From positions 1 to 39,340 of the forward strand of contig CAXBQP010000031.1 of NCBI GenBank assembly GCA_963978095.1: a DNA stretch of 39,340 bases, read 5' to 3'. A model generated the notes under the pieces. The model was not told the origin of the DNA and searched no databases. It worked only from the letters and a program-made list of their open reading frames with translations. A program made the translations under genes and the position numbers. The first letter of the stretch is position 1; each line of letters begins with the position of its first letter. This DNA comes from an uncultured bacterium (GTDB lineage: Bacteria; Gemmatimonadota; Gemmatimonadetes; Gemmatimonadales; Gemmatimonadaceae). This document shows positions 9,436 through 18,966 of the stretch, piece after piece.

Positions 9436-10239
9436 ATGCCTACCGCCATGTCACTCACCGGCCGCACGGTCGCTCTGATCACCGGGGCGTCCGCTGGGCT
9501 CGGCAAAGTGTTCGCCCAACGCCTCGCCGCCTCGGGCCACGATCTCGTGCTGGTGGCCCGCGACGCGGCACGCCTGCAGGCGCTCGCCGATGAGCTCTCC
9601 CTGCAGTTCGGGATCACGGCCGAAGCGTTGGCGGCGGACCTCTCGCGCGACGAAGGGATGCGCCGCGTCGCGGATCGGATCGCCAAGATGGGGAATCTGG
9701 AGATCCTGGTGAACAACGCCGGCTTCGGTACCAAGGGGAAGCTCGCGACGCGGCCGATCGCCGAGCAGGCGACCATGCTCGAACTGCACGTGATGGCACC
9801 GATGCTCCTGACCCGCGCCGCGCTGCCCGGCATGATCGAACGCGGTTTCGGCACCATCATCAACGTCGCGAGCGTGGCCAGCTTCGTTTACGGCGCTGGG
9901 AACGCCAACTATTGCTCCTCCAAAGCCTATCTGCGCGTGTTCACGCTCGCGCTCAACGAAGAACTGCGCGGGACCGGCGTCCACGTGCAGGCGCTCTGCC
10001 CCGGCTTCACCCACACGGAGTTCCACGACCGCGCGGCGATGGACAAGACCACGATCTCCGGCATGCTCTGGCTGAGCGCGGAACGGGTCGTCGACGAGTC
10101 GCTCGCGCAGGCCGCGGCCAAAGGCAAGGTCGTGTGCATTCCCAGCACGCGCTACAAACTCATTGTGCTGCTGGTGCGGTATCTGCCGGATTGGATTCTC
10201 GGCACCTTGCGCGCCCAGTACGGCAAACTGAGAACCTGA
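9436..10239 (+). CDS. Short-chain dehydrogenase/reductase (SDR)
   Basis: TGASAGLG, LVNNAGFG, INVAS, catalytic YCSSK and LCPGFTHTEF. Confidence 0.92.
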   Translation: MPTAMSLTGRTVALITGASAGLGKVFAQRLAASGHDLVLVARDAARLQALADELSLQFGITAEALAADLSRDEGMRRVADRIAKMGNLEILVNNAGFGTKGKLATRPIAEQATMLELHVMAPMLLTRAALPGMIERGFGTIINVASVASFVYGAGNANYCSSKAYLRVFTLALNEELRGTGVHVQALCPGFTHTEFHDRAAMDKTTISGMLWLSAERVVDESLAQAAAKGKVVCIPSTRYKLIVLLVRYLPDWILGTLRAQYGKLRT

Positions 10240-10273
10240 GCCTCACACGACCGCCTCGATCCCAGGAGCTCGC

Positions 10274-11182
10274 ATGCATCCGTCGACACCGAAGGCGCCC
10301 TCCGAGCACTCGCTGGCCGTTGCGTGGCGCGTCGCGCTCCGCATGATGCGGGCCGCTGTCCTCGGCTCTGCTCTCGCCGGCGGCGCGGCACGGGAGGTCA
10401 ACGCACAACAGGCCACCACGGAATCGTATCAGGTGCTCCTCAAGGATGGCTCGATCGCATACGGCCGCCTGGTGCGTCAGGATGTCGACAGTGTGGTGAT
10501 CCTCGGGCTCACGGGGCGCATCGCGTTCGCGCGAGCCTCCGTGCGCCAGGTACAGGCCGCCGGACTCCCACACGCACGCGCCGACGGCTCCACGGAGTAT
10601 TGGCTGCCGGACCCGATGGCCAGCCGTCTCGTCTTTGCCCCGACGGGGCGCACCCTGCCCAAAGGCGAAGGGTACTTCGCCGATCACTGGGTGGTACTGG
10701 GTAGCGCCGCCTATGGCGTCACCGATGACATCACCATCGGTGGCGGTGGCCTGCTCCTGCCGGAATCGAAGTTCTGGTTCGTCACGCCCAAGGTGCGCGT
10801 GCTCAGCCGCGACGATTTCAACCTGTCGGCCGGCGTCTTCCTCGCCGGGTGGGGCTCGGACGGCACCGGCGGCATCGGGTATCTGGTCGGCACCTTCGGC
10901 GGGAGCCCGGACGGCAATCTCACGGTTGGCATCGGCAACGGCTTTGCCGGATCGCGCACCACCAAAGACCAGCTCATCATGGTCGGCGGTGAACGACGCG
11001 TGTCGCGGCGTACCGCCTTCATCAGCGAGAACTACTTCACCACGGGCTGGGCCGACGCGCTGGTCTCGTACGGCATGCGCTTCATGGGTGAACGGCTGAC
11101 GTTCGATCTCGTGTTCGTGAGCACGGCATCGGGCGTCACCTTCCCCGGCGTTCCGGTCGTCGGCGCCGGGTTCCGGTTCTAG
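10274..11182 (+). CDS. Hypothetical exported protein, probable outer-membrane beta-barrel
   Basis: AGGAG SD before ATG 10274 (alternative start 10343). Signal-like ...AAREVNA|QQ, alternating Gly/aromatic beta-strands and a C-terminal GAGFRF resembling a beta-signal. Confidence 0.65.
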   Translation: MHPSTPKAPSEHSLAVAWRVALRMMRAAVLGSALAGGAAREVNAQQATTESYQVLLKDGSIAYGRLVRQDVDSVVILGLTGRIAFARASVRQVQAAGLPHARADGSTEYWLPDPMASRLVFAPTGRTLPKGEGYFADHWVVLGSAAYGVTDDITIGGGGLLLPESKFWFVTPKVRVLSRDDFNLSAGVFLAGWGSDGTGGIGYLVGTFGGSPDGNLTVGIGNGFAGSRTTKDQLIMVGGERRVSRRTAFISENYFTTGWADALVSYGMRFMGERLTFDLVFVSTASGVTFPGVPVVGAGFRF

Positions 11183-11185
11183 AAG

Positions 11186-11215
11186 GCCGTGGCCGCGACC
11201 CGTCGCGGCCACGGC
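11186..11215. terminator. Bidirectional hairpin between convergent genes
   Basis: Perfect 14-bp inverted repeat GCCGTGGCCGCGAC-CC-GTCGCGGCCACGGC filling the gap between the stops at 11182 and 11216. No U tract. Confidence 0.65.
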
Positions 11216-12445
11216 TCACTTGAACGCGTTCATCCCCGTCACCGCCTGCCCCAGAATGAGCGAGTGCACGTCGTGCGTCCCCTCGTACGTGTACACGCTC
11301 TCCAGATTCGCCATGTGCCGCATCGAGTGATACTCGGCGATGATCCCGTTGCCTCCGAGCAGGCGGCGCGCCTCGCGGGCCACGTCGGTCGCGATGTTCA
11401 CGTTGTTGCGCTTGGCGAGTGAGACCTGCTGCGGGGTGAAGATTCCGGCGTCCTTCATGCGCCCCAAGTGCAGCGACACGAGCTGCCCCTTGGTGATCTC
11501 GGTGAGCATGTCGGCCAGGCGCACCTGCTGGATCTGGAACCCGCCGATCGGACGGTCGAACATCACGCGCTGCTTGCTGTAGCTGAGCGCCTCCTCGTAG
11601 CACGCCATCGCGGCTCCCACGGCGCCCCACGAGATCCCGTAGCGCGCCTGCGTGAGACACATGAGCGGGCTCTTGAGCGTGCCGCTCTTCGGCAGGATCG
11701 CGTCGGCCGGGAGGTGGATGTCGCTGAACACGAGCTCGCTCGTATCGCTGGCGCGGAGCGAGAGCTTCCCCTTCACGAGGCGCGACGCGAATCCCTTGGC
11801 ATCCGTCGGAACAAGGAACCCCTTGATGCTGTGCCCGTCGCTGTCGCCGTCCTCGGTCTTGGCCCACACGACGCACACATGCGCCTGTGAGCCATTGGTG
11901 ATCCACATCTTCCCGCCATTCAGGATCCACGTACCGTCCGCCTGCTGGCGCGCCCGGGTGATCATCCCCGCCGGGTTCGAGCCGTAGTCACTCTCGGTGA
12001 GCCCGAAGCAGCCGATCGCTGTCCCCTTGGCCATGCGCGGGAGCCAATGCCTCTTCTGCTCCTCGCTCCCGAATGCATGGATGGGATACATCACCAGGGC
12101 CCCCTGCACGCTGGCGAAGCTCCGGATACCGGAGTCGCCACGCTCGAGCTCCTGCATGATCAGCCCGTAGCTCACGTTGTTGAGCCCGGCGCAGCCGTAT
12201 TCCTCGGGGAGATTCGCGCCGAGCAGGCCGAGCTCGCCGAAATCGGGGATCAGCTCTTTGGGAAAGCGCCCCTCCACATAGCAGTCGCCGATGATCGGCA
12301 TGACCTTCTCGTCCACGAAACGGCGGACGGTGTCACGTACCGCGCGCTCGTCTTCGGTCAGCGCGCAATCGATGTTGAAGAGGTCGCCCTGGCGCGGCTT
12401 CAGCTCGGGGGACGCGAGATGGCGGTCAGTCGGTTCGTTGGTCAT
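11216..12445 (-). CDS. gcdH: Glutaryl-CoA dehydrogenase-type acyl-CoA dehydrogenase
   Basis: YGLIMQELERGDSGIRSFASVQGALVMYPI, GCFGLTESDYGSNP, KMWITNG and MRHMANLESVYTYEGTHDVH, typical of the GCDH subfamily. Confidence 0.85.
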   Translation of the reverse strand: MTNEPTDRHLASPELKPRQGDLFNIDCALTEDERAVRDTVRRFVDEKVMPIIGDCYVEGRFPKELIPDFGELGLLGANLPEEYGCAGLNNVSYGLIMQELERGDSGIRSFASVQGALVMYPIHAFGSEEQKRHWLPRMAKGTAIGCFGLTESDYGSNPAGMITRARQQADGTWILNGGKMWITNGSQAHVCVVWAKTEDGDSDGHSIKGFLVPTDAKGFASRLVKGKLSLRASDTSELVFSDIHLPADAILPKSGTLKSPLMCLTQARYGISWGAVGAAMACYEEALSYSKQRVMFDRPIGGFQIQQVRLADMLTEITKGQLVSLHLGRMKDAGIFTPQQVSLAKRNNVNIATDVAREARRLLGGNGIIAEYHSMRHMANLESVYTYEGTHDVHSLILGQAVTGMNAFK

Positions 12446-12647
12446 GAAGGGTGCTCGAGGGACTCACGGAAGTGACGACGACACGTCACGGGTTCTCTGG
12501 CCTAAACTCATCGGTGGCGATCTCGGCCACGTGCCGGGTCGTCCGCTCCGGTCTGCGTCGGTGGCTGATCAGTCGCCCGCGGTCGCGAAGCGCCGCCATC
12601 GCACGAAACACCTCGACGAATCCGGTGCACGAAGAATAACTGGTTGC

Positions 12648-13403
12648 TCAGTCCACCACCCGGGTCGCCCGGGGCCGGATCCCCACCGCCCGCGCCTTCT
12701 TCCGGAACTCGGCGCCATGATCGAGCGAGCGGCCTGACTCGGCCTGCCATTGATGCACCATCTCGTGCAGGAGCGTCTCCAGGGCACTGGCCCACCCGTG
12801 CTTCTTGAGATGTTGCTGCGAGATCGCGATCTCCGCTCCCTCGCCGCCGCGCGCGGGGGAGTAGTGGCCGAGCCGCGTCCTCATGCGGCGCGAGACCCGG
12901 ACGGGGATCCCTTGCAACTCGCCGCCGAACCGTGCCTCGTTGAGCTCGGCGTGCGCGATCTCCAGCCGTTCCGCGAGCGCCTCATCGGCGGGATGGGTGC
13001 GGGCAACTCGCGTGGGCGGCGTATGCTCGGTGAGCCCGCGTGCGAACCCGATGATCACACGCATCGCGGCGGTGCGTCCCGCGCCACGTCGCGACATCAC
13101 GAAGGCGACGATCGCGGCAAGCACGTCGTCCCCCGCTGCGAGGTACCCTTCGTGCACCCGCAACATCCGCCCCTTGATGCTCACCATCGTGCGGCGGTTG
13201 TTGGTGAGGAGCAGGGCGTCGACGTTGCGGAGTCCCATCGCGCGGAGGCGGGTGAGGAGCGCGGAAGCATCGGCAGGCGCCGTGCGGGGCGCGGGCGTTG
13301 CCTCGCGGCCGTGCACTGGCGCGGGCGCCGCCGGTTCGTCGAACCCGAACGCCAACTGCGCCGCATCCTGCGCGATCTTCGCCGCGCGTCCCACGCGCTG
13401 CAT
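12648..13403 (-). CDS. SprT-like zinc metalloprotease domain protein
   Basis: LNEARFGGEL, RMRTRLGHY, TLLHEMVHQWQ (HExxH) and DHGAEFR. The ATG at 13403 overlaps the TGA of the upstream gene. Confidence 0.8.
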   Translation of the reverse strand: MQRVGRAAKIAQDAAQLAFGFDEPAAPAPVHGREATPAPRTAPADASALLTRLRAMGLRNVDALLLTNNRRTMVSIKGRMLRVHEGYLAAGDDVLAAIVAFVMSRRGAGRTAAMRVIIGFARGLTEHTPPTRVARTHPADEALAERLEIAHAELNEARFGGELQGIPVRVSRRMRTRLGHYSPARGGEGAEIAISQQHLKKHGWASALETLLHEMVHQWQAESGRSLDHGAEFRKKARAVGIRPRATRVVD

Positions 13404-14224
13404 CAGCGTTGAAAGCACCGGGCGTCCTGTGGCACGAAGGTCCGCACGGCTCCTACCCATGCCCATGGGGCAACCCGCACCTCGCGCTCCGTGGTCTCGA
13501 TCACGTTCAGCGACGACTCCCTCCCGCCCCGCACCCGATCGCTCAGGGTATTGGCCGTACTGACCACGAAGCGGCGGCCCGCGGCCGACACCGCCTCGAT
13601 GCGGTCCTCGTGATCGTGCCCGCAGAGGACGAGGTCCGCCTCCGTGCGCGCGGCTTGCTCGATCCCGAGCGCACGGCTCGCGAGCCCCCAGCGATTCGAG
13701 AGCCTCCCCCGGAGCAGGTTGTGGTGGAAGACGAGCACCTTCAGGTCGCCAGCTGGCGCCGCGGCAAATGTCTGGCGGGCGCGCGACCACTGCATGGGGC
13801 GAATCGCCCCCACCACGCTCAAATCACGCGGCCGCGTGGTCAAGGTGAAGGGCTGAATACCATGCGAGGAGTTGAGTCCGACGATCGTGAGTCCCGGGAG
13901 ATGGAGCGTCGGCTCCAGTTCCTCACTGATGAAGCGGCGATACCGCGCATACATCGCGGGGCGACTGCCGATTCCGACCGGCGCCGTCCACCAGGCGACG
14001 TCGTGGTTCCCCGGCACCACGAGCAACGGCGCATGTTGCCGCGCGAACGCGAGGAACGCCCGCGCCCGCGTGAACTCGTGCGTGCGCGAACGTTGCGACA
14101 GGTCCCCCGACACGACGATCGCGTCGAACGATTCCTTGCTGATGATCGCTTCCAGCGCCTGCACCTGCTCCGGGACGCTCGGCGTCCCGAAGTGCAGATC
14201 GGACACGTGCAGCAGACGAGGCAC
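13403..14224 (-). CDS. Calcineurin-like metallophosphoesterase (CpdA/Icc-like)
   Basis: HVSDLHFG, VSGDLSQ, VPGNHD, VFHHN and LCGHDH. Confidence 0.9.
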   Translation of the reverse strand: MPRLLHVSDLHFGTPSVPEQVQALEAIISKESFDAIVVSGDLSQRSRTHEFTRARAFLAFARQHAPLLVVPGNHDVAWWTAPVGIGSRPAMYARYRRFISEELEPTLHLPGLTIVGLNSSHGIQPFTLTTRPRDLSVVGAIRPMQWSRARQTFAAAPAGDLKVLVFHHNLLRGRLSNRWGLASRALGIEQAARTEADLVLCGHDHEDRIEAVSAAGRRFVVSTANTLSDRVRGGRESSLNVIETTEREVRVAPWAWVGAVRTFVPQDARCFQR

Positions 14225-14264
14225 TAGCGTCGCGCGCGTGCGGCAGTGCTCAGCGCCCGAACCC

Positions 14265-15278
14265 TCACAGGTGCGCGATCACGGCGTCGGTGAACTGCTC
14301 CGTCGTCGCCGACCCGCCCACGTCGCCGGTCACGACCTGCTTCTTGCGCAACGTATGCTCCACCGCGTCGCGTACACGGGTCGCCAACTCCGGTCTCCCG
14401 GCGTGATCGAGCAGCTGGCAGGACGCGAGCATCACGGCCGTCGGATTCGCGATCCCCTTCCCGGCGATGTCCGGTGCCGTCCCATGCACCGCTTCGAAGA
14501 TGGCGGCATCCTTGCCGATGTTGGCACCGGGCGTGAGCCCGAGCCCGCCGACAAGCCCGCTCGTGAGATCACTCAGGATGTCGCCGAACAGATTCGTCGT
14601 CACGATCACGTCGAAACGCTCCGGACGCATCACGAGCTCCATCGCACAGGCGTCGACGATCTTCTCCTCGACCTCGACCCGCCCGGCGTATTCCTTGGCG
14701 ATCGCGCGTCCCACCTCGAGAAACAACCCCTGCGAGTACTTGAGGATGTTCGCCTTGTGCACCAGCGAGACCTTCTTCCGGCCGTGCTGCACGGCAAACT
14801 CGAACGCGTACCGATGAATGCGCTCGGCGCCATGCCGGGTCACGACCGCGATCGACTGCGCGGCCGCGTGCTCATCCTCGCCGATCTTCACGTAGTTCTC
14901 GATGCCGATGTAGAGCCCCTCGGTGTTCTCGCGGACCAACACGATGTCCACGTCCGTGAACCGGAGCCCGGGCAGGACGGACCGCGCGGGCCGCACGTTC
15001 GCGTACAGATCGAAGGTCTTGCGGAGCGCCACATTGATCGAGCGAAACCCCTTGCCCACCGGCGTCTCGAGCGGCCCCTTCAGTGCGAGTTTCGTCCGCT
15101 TGATCGAGTCGAGTGTTTGCTCGGGGATCGGGTCGTTGTACGCCTTGACGGCAGCCATGCCTGCCAACTGACGGTCCCAGACGATGTCCGCACCAGCGGC
15201 GGCGAGCAGGCGAACGGTGGCCTCGGTGATGCTGGGCCCGATGCCGTCGCCGGGAATGAGCGTTGCGTGAATGGTCAT
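14265..15278 (-). CDS. icd: Isocitrate dehydrogenase, probably NAD+-dependent (IDH/IPMDH family)
   Basis: MTIHATLIPGDGIGP, RSINVALR (Ser/Asn isocitrate contacts), RENTEGLY, HKANILK and EAVHGTAPDIAGKGIANP (the Asp is typical of NAD-specific members). Confidence 0.82.
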   Translation of the reverse strand: MTIHATLIPGDGIGPSITEATVRLLAAAGADIVWDRQLAGMAAVKAYNDPIPEQTLDSIKRTKLALKGPLETPVGKGFRSINVALRKTFDLYANVRPARSVLPGLRFTDVDIVLVRENTEGLYIGIENYVKIGEDEHAAAQSIAVVTRHGAERIHRYAFEFAVQHGRKKVSLVHKANILKYSQGLFLEVGRAIAKEYAGRVEVEEKIVDACAMELVMRPERFDVIVTTNLFGDILSDLTSGLVGGLGLTPGANIGKDAAIFEAVHGTAPDIAGKGIANPTAVMLASCQLLDHAGRPELATRVRDAVEHTLRKKQVVTGDVGGSATTEQFTDAVIAHL

Positions 15279-15297
15279 TGCATGAAGTAACGGAAAG

Positions 15298-15316
15298 TCC
15301 CCGGCCCCCCCGGGGA
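15298..15316 (-). terminator. Weak hairpin after the hypothetical gene
   Basis: Minus strand TCCCCGG-GGGGG-CCGGGGA followed by CTTTCC. Confidence 0.3.
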
Positions 15317-15321
15317 GACGG

Positions 15322-15972
15322 TCATCGCGGAGCGACCAGCGCCGCCACCTGCGCGACCAGCGAACGGAACAACTCGGGATCACGGCCGTCAGACACGGCG
15401 TTGCCGACCACGTCCCCGAGCCACAGCACCGTGGACCCGCGGCCATCCACCAACACCAACCGCAACCGCGCGCGCTCGCGCACCCCGAGGCGCTCGACCT
15501 GCAGGTACACCGGCACGAGGGCGAGACGCGTGTCGCCGAGCGCGATCAGCGGCCGTAGGCTCGACGCGACCATCTCCGGGAGCTGATCCCCGACCTTCAG
15601 CGACGCACCCGCCAGGGACTGCGCGCCCAGCGCGTACGGATCGCCCGCATACATCACGTTGCGCTTCGCATACTGCACGACGTCGGCCGCGTAGCCCCAC
15701 CGCTTCCCGATCCCGGTCGCCGCGATCGCCGCGCCGAGGGAATCGTCGAACCCCCGTCGCATCCCATCCCATGTCGCACGGCTCGGGGTCACCCCCGAGT
15801 CGGCCCGAAAGGCCTGCACGGGCACGACCAGCACACGCTGCCCCGCGAATCCCGCCAGTGCTCCTGTCGGAGCCTCCGCGGCCACCATCGACGCCCCCCC
15901 ACCGGATTGCGCCAACGTCACCCGGGAAAGGGCGATCAACAGCGCGACCAGAGGAGGAAGATTTCGACGCAC
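15322..15972 (-). CDS. Hypothetical exported protein
   Basis: GTG start at 15972 gives VRRNLPPLVALLIALSRVTLA|QSGG (signal peptide) followed by an alpha/beta-like body. It fills the gap between icd and cstA. No family recognised. Confidence 0.6.
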   Translation of the reverse strand: MRRNLPPLVALLIALSRVTLAQSGGGASMVAAEAPTGALAGFAGQRVLVVPVQAFRADSGVTPSRATWDGMRRGFDDSLGAAIAATGIGKRWGYAADVVQYAKRNVMYAGDPYALGAQSLAGASLKVGDQLPEMVASSLRPLIALGDTRLALVPVYLQVERLGVRERARLRLVLVDGRGSTVLWLGDVVGNAVSDGRDPELFRSLVAQVAALVAPR

Positions 15973-16072
15973 GGAGACCTTGGCTCGGGAAATCGAAAGA
16001 TAACGACCGCCCATGGCCGAAAACACCGTGCGACCGGTTGCGACCCCCCATGCGGTTCTGCATCTTCTCCGG

Positions 16073-18136
16073 ATGCGTACACTCAAAGCCATCGCCTGGG
16101 CCCTCGTCTCCTTGACCGGCGCCGGTGCCTTCGCCTTCCTCGCCCTCCGCAGTGGAGAGAGCGTCTCCGCCGGCTGGCTCCTCACCGCGGCCATCTGCAC
16201 CTACCTGGTGGCCTACCGGTTCTACCGCAAGATCATCACGGCGAAGATCTTCGCGCTCGACGCCACACGCGCCACGCCGGCCGAGCGATTGGCCGACGGA
16301 CGAGATTTCGTCCCGACCAACAAGTGGATCGTCTTCGGACACCACTTCGCGGCCATCGCGGGACCAGGGCCGCTCGTCGGCCCGACCCTGGCCGCCCAGT
16401 TCGGCTTCCTCCCCGGATTCATTTGGATCGTGGTCGGCGTGGCCCTCGGAGGCGCCGTGCAGGACTGCGTCATCCTCTGCGCCTCGATCCGACGCGACGG
16501 CAAGTCCCTCGGCCAAATGGCCAAGGACGAGATCGGACCCGTCGCCGGCATCACCGCGCTCATCGCGATCCTGGGGATCATGGTGGTGCTGATCGCGGTG
16601 CTGGCATTGGTCGTCGTCAATGCGCTCAAATCGAGTCCGTGGGGCACGGTGACCATCGCGCTCACCATTCCCATTGCCATGCTGATGGGCGTCTACCTCC
16701 GGTATCTGCGCCCCGGCAAGGTCCTCGAGACGACCGCGATGGGACTGATTCTCCTCGTCTTCTCGCTCTACGCGGGTCGGTGGGTCGCGGAGAATCCTGC
16801 GCTCGCCCCGACCTTCACGCTCACGGGTACGACCCTCGCACTCGCGATCATGGTGTATGGGTTCTTCGCCTCCGTGCTGCCTGTCTGGTTGCTGCTCGCG
16901 CCGCGTGACTACCTCTCGGCGTTCGTCAAGATCGGCGTGGTCGTGGCACTCGCGCTGGGCATCCTGGTGACGCTCCCGCCCCTGCAAATGCCCGCCTTCA
17001 CCCGCTTCATCGATGGCAGCGGGCCGGTTTTCGCTGGCAAGATCTTCCCCTTCGTGTTCATCACGATCGCCTGCGGCGCCATCTCCGGCTTCCACTCCCT
17101 CATCGCCAGTGGCACCACTCCGAAGCTGCTCGAGAACGAGGCGGACGCGGGCTTCATCGGTTACGGGGCGATGCTCACGGAGTCGCTCGTCGCGACGATG
17201 GCCCTGATCGCCGCGTGCGTCCTGACCCCCGGAACGTATTTCGCCATCAATGCCCCGGCAGGCATCATCGGGACCACGGTGGAGAGCGCCTCGCAGGTCG
17301 TGACCAACTGGGGCTTCGCGATTACCCCCGCGGAACTGACCACGCTGGCGCAGCAGGTGCAGGAAAGCTCGCTGCTCTCGCGGACTGGCGGTGCACCGTC
17401 GCTGGCGGTCGGCATGGCGCACATCTTCGCCAACATCCTGGGCGGGGGCGGCGCCATGGCGCTGTGGTATCACTTCGCCATCATGTTCGAGGCACTGTTC
17501 ATCCTCACCACGCTCGATGCCGGCACGCGCGTCGGCCGTTTCATGCTGCAGGACTTGGGCAAGCACGTATGGGAACCGTTCGGCCGAGTCTCGTGGTACC
17601 CCGCGGTCGTGACCGCGAGTGCGCTGTTCGTCGCGATGTGGGGCTACTTCCTGTATCAAGGGGTGACGGACCCCCTCGGCGGCATCAACTCGCTCTGGCC
17701 GCTCTTCGGCATCAGCAACCAGCTGCTCGCCGCCGTGGCACTCTGCGTGGGAACCACCATCATCATCCGGATGGGGAAGCAGAAGTTCGCGTTCGTCACG
17801 TTGCTCCCGCTCAGCTGGCTCGTGACCGTCACGCTCACCGCAGGTTACATCAAGATCTTCTCCGACGACCCGAAGCTCGGCTTCCTCTCCCACGCCAGGG
17901 TCGTGGCCGACAAGATCGCCGCCGGAACCCTGCCCGCGGGCGCCAAGACCGCGGCCGATGCCGCGCGGATGATCTTCAACGATCGCCTCGACGCGGGCGT
18001 GGCCGCCTTTTTCATGGTGTCGGTGCTGGTCGTCCTCGGCGCCTCGATCCTGAAGTGGTACGGCGTCCTGAGCGGCGCGACCGCCATCGGCAGCACCGAA
18101 GTCCCCTACACGCCGCGCCACACCAAGGCGGCGTGA
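16073..18136 (+). CDS. cstA: Carbon starvation protein A family transporter (CstA/BtsT; peptide or pyruvate uptake)
   Basis: DGRDFVPTNKWIVFGHHFAAIAGPGPLVGPTLAAQFG, LPVWLLLAPRDYLS, ITIACGAISGFHSL, ILTTLDAGTRVGRF and WPLFGISNQLLA. Confidence 0.95.
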   Translation: MRTLKAIAWALVSLTGAGAFAFLALRSGESVSAGWLLTAAICTYLVAYRFYRKIITAKIFALDATRATPAERLADGRDFVPTNKWIVFGHHFAAIAGPGPLVGPTLAAQFGFLPGFIWIVVGVALGGAVQDCVILCASIRRDGKSLGQMAKDEIGPVAGITALIAILGIMVVLIAVLALVVVNALKSSPWGTVTIALTIPIAMLMGVYLRYLRPGKVLETTAMGLILLVFSLYAGRWVAENPALAPTFTLTGTTLALAIMVYGFFASVLPVWLLLAPRDYLSAFVKIGVVVALALGILVTLPPLQMPAFTRFIDGSGPVFAGKIFPFVFITIACGAISGFHSLIASGTTPKLLENEADAGFIGYGAMLTESLVATMALIAACVLTPGTYFAINAPAGIIGTTVESASQVVTNWGFAITPAELTTLAQQVQESSLLSRTGGAPSLAVGMAHIFANILGGGGAMALWYHFAIMFEALFILTTLDAGTRVGRFMLQDLGKHVWEPFGRVSWYPAVVTASALFVAMWGYFLYQGVTDPLGGINSLWPLFGISNQLLAAVALCVGTTIIIRMGKQKFAFVTLLPLSWLVTVTLTAGYIKIFSDDPKLGFLSHARVVADKIAAGTLPAGAKTAADAARMIFNDRLDAGVAAFFMVSVLVVLGASILKWYGVLSGATAIGSTEVPYTPRHTKAA

Positions 18137-18966
18137 TTCACCTGGAGTCGGTGACGGCACGGACGGTTCCGCCGGACGGAGCCCCGTACCCGTTCACCGT
18201 GCCAGCGGTCCGGGAGCTTCGCGAACTGCGCTTCACCTCCCCGGTCACCTTTTTCGTCGGGGAGAACGGATCCGGCAAGAGCACGCTCCTCGAAGGCATC
18301 GCGGCCGCGACCCATCTCCCCACCGTCGGCACACGGCAGATCGACCACGACAATACGCTCGCCACCGCGCGCCTCCTCGCCGCGAGCCTGCGCCTGCGAT
18401 GGACGCTCCGCACCCACCTCGGCTTCTTTCTCCGCGCCGAGGATTTCTTCGGGTTCACCAAGGCGCTCACCCAGCAGCGCGCGGAGTTCGAAGCCGATCT
18501 GGAACGGATCGAGCGTGAGTACGTCCACCGCTCCGCCCAGGCCAAAGCACTCGCCCGGATGCCCGCCGCGGGTTCGCTGGCCGACATGACGCACCGGTAT
18601 GGCGTCGACCTCGACGCCAACTCCCATGGCCAGAGCTTCCTGACGCTCTTCCAAAGTCGACTCATCCCGAAGGGCCTCTTCCTGTTGGATGAACCGGAAG
18701 CCCCGCTCTCCCCCCAAAGCGTGCTGGGCTTGATGGCGATGATCAGCGAGGCCGTCGCCACGGGCGGACAGTTCATCATCGCGACGCATTCCCCCATTCT
18801 ACTGGCGTACCCCGGCGCGACCATCATATCCTTTGACGATGGCGCGATGCGCACCGTGCCGTTCGCCGAACTCGACCACGTGAACATCACGCGTGACTTC
18901 CTGAACGATCCGTCGCGTTACCTGCGACATCTCTTTCCCCCCGACCACGCAGAGCCCACGTCGTGA
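18133..18966 (+). CDS. Stand-alone ABC-class ATPase (COG3910-like, 'AAA family ATPase')
   Basis: GTG start overlaps the cstA stop (GTGA). Motifs YPFTVPAV, Walker A GENGSGKST, signature SHGQSF, Walker B LLDEPE and H-loop ATHSP. Confidence 0.88.
   Translation: MIHLESVTARTVPPDGAPYPFTVPAVRELRELRFTSPVTFFVGENGSGKSTLLEGIAAATHLPTVGTRQIDHDNTLATARLLAASLRLRWTLRTHLGFFLRAEDFFGFTKALTQQRAEFEADLERIEREYVHRSAQAKALARMPAAGSLADMTHRYGVDLDANSHGQSFLTLFQSRLIPKGLFLLDEPEAPLSPQSVLGLMAMISEAVATGGQFIIATHSPILLAYPGATIISFDDGAMRTVPFAELDHVNITRDFLNDPSRYLRHLFPPDHAEPTS

Noticed and set aside
12446..12647. Small ORFs or an ncRNA in the 200-nt gap upstream of gcdH
   Set aside because: The candidate ORFs have no protein-like features, and I found no recognisable RNA motif or strong structure.
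17215..18132. Apparent long N-terminal extensions in the ORF track (ATPase 583 aa, ybdD 248 aa, etfA 410 aa, atpB 440 aa, kinase 486 aa)
   Set aside because: The extensions overlap upstream genes in another frame, and the true starts coincide with ATGA, GTGA or TGATG overlaps. These are not fusions or frameshifts.
15389..18160. 923-aa antisense ORF, and similar long shadow ORFs (18918-20978, 28493-30067, 30613-32250, 5666-7357, 1537-2889)
   Set aside because: They mirror genes with clear family motifs, are Arg/Gly/His-rich with no motifs of their own, and are expected from stop-codon scarcity in high-GC DNA.
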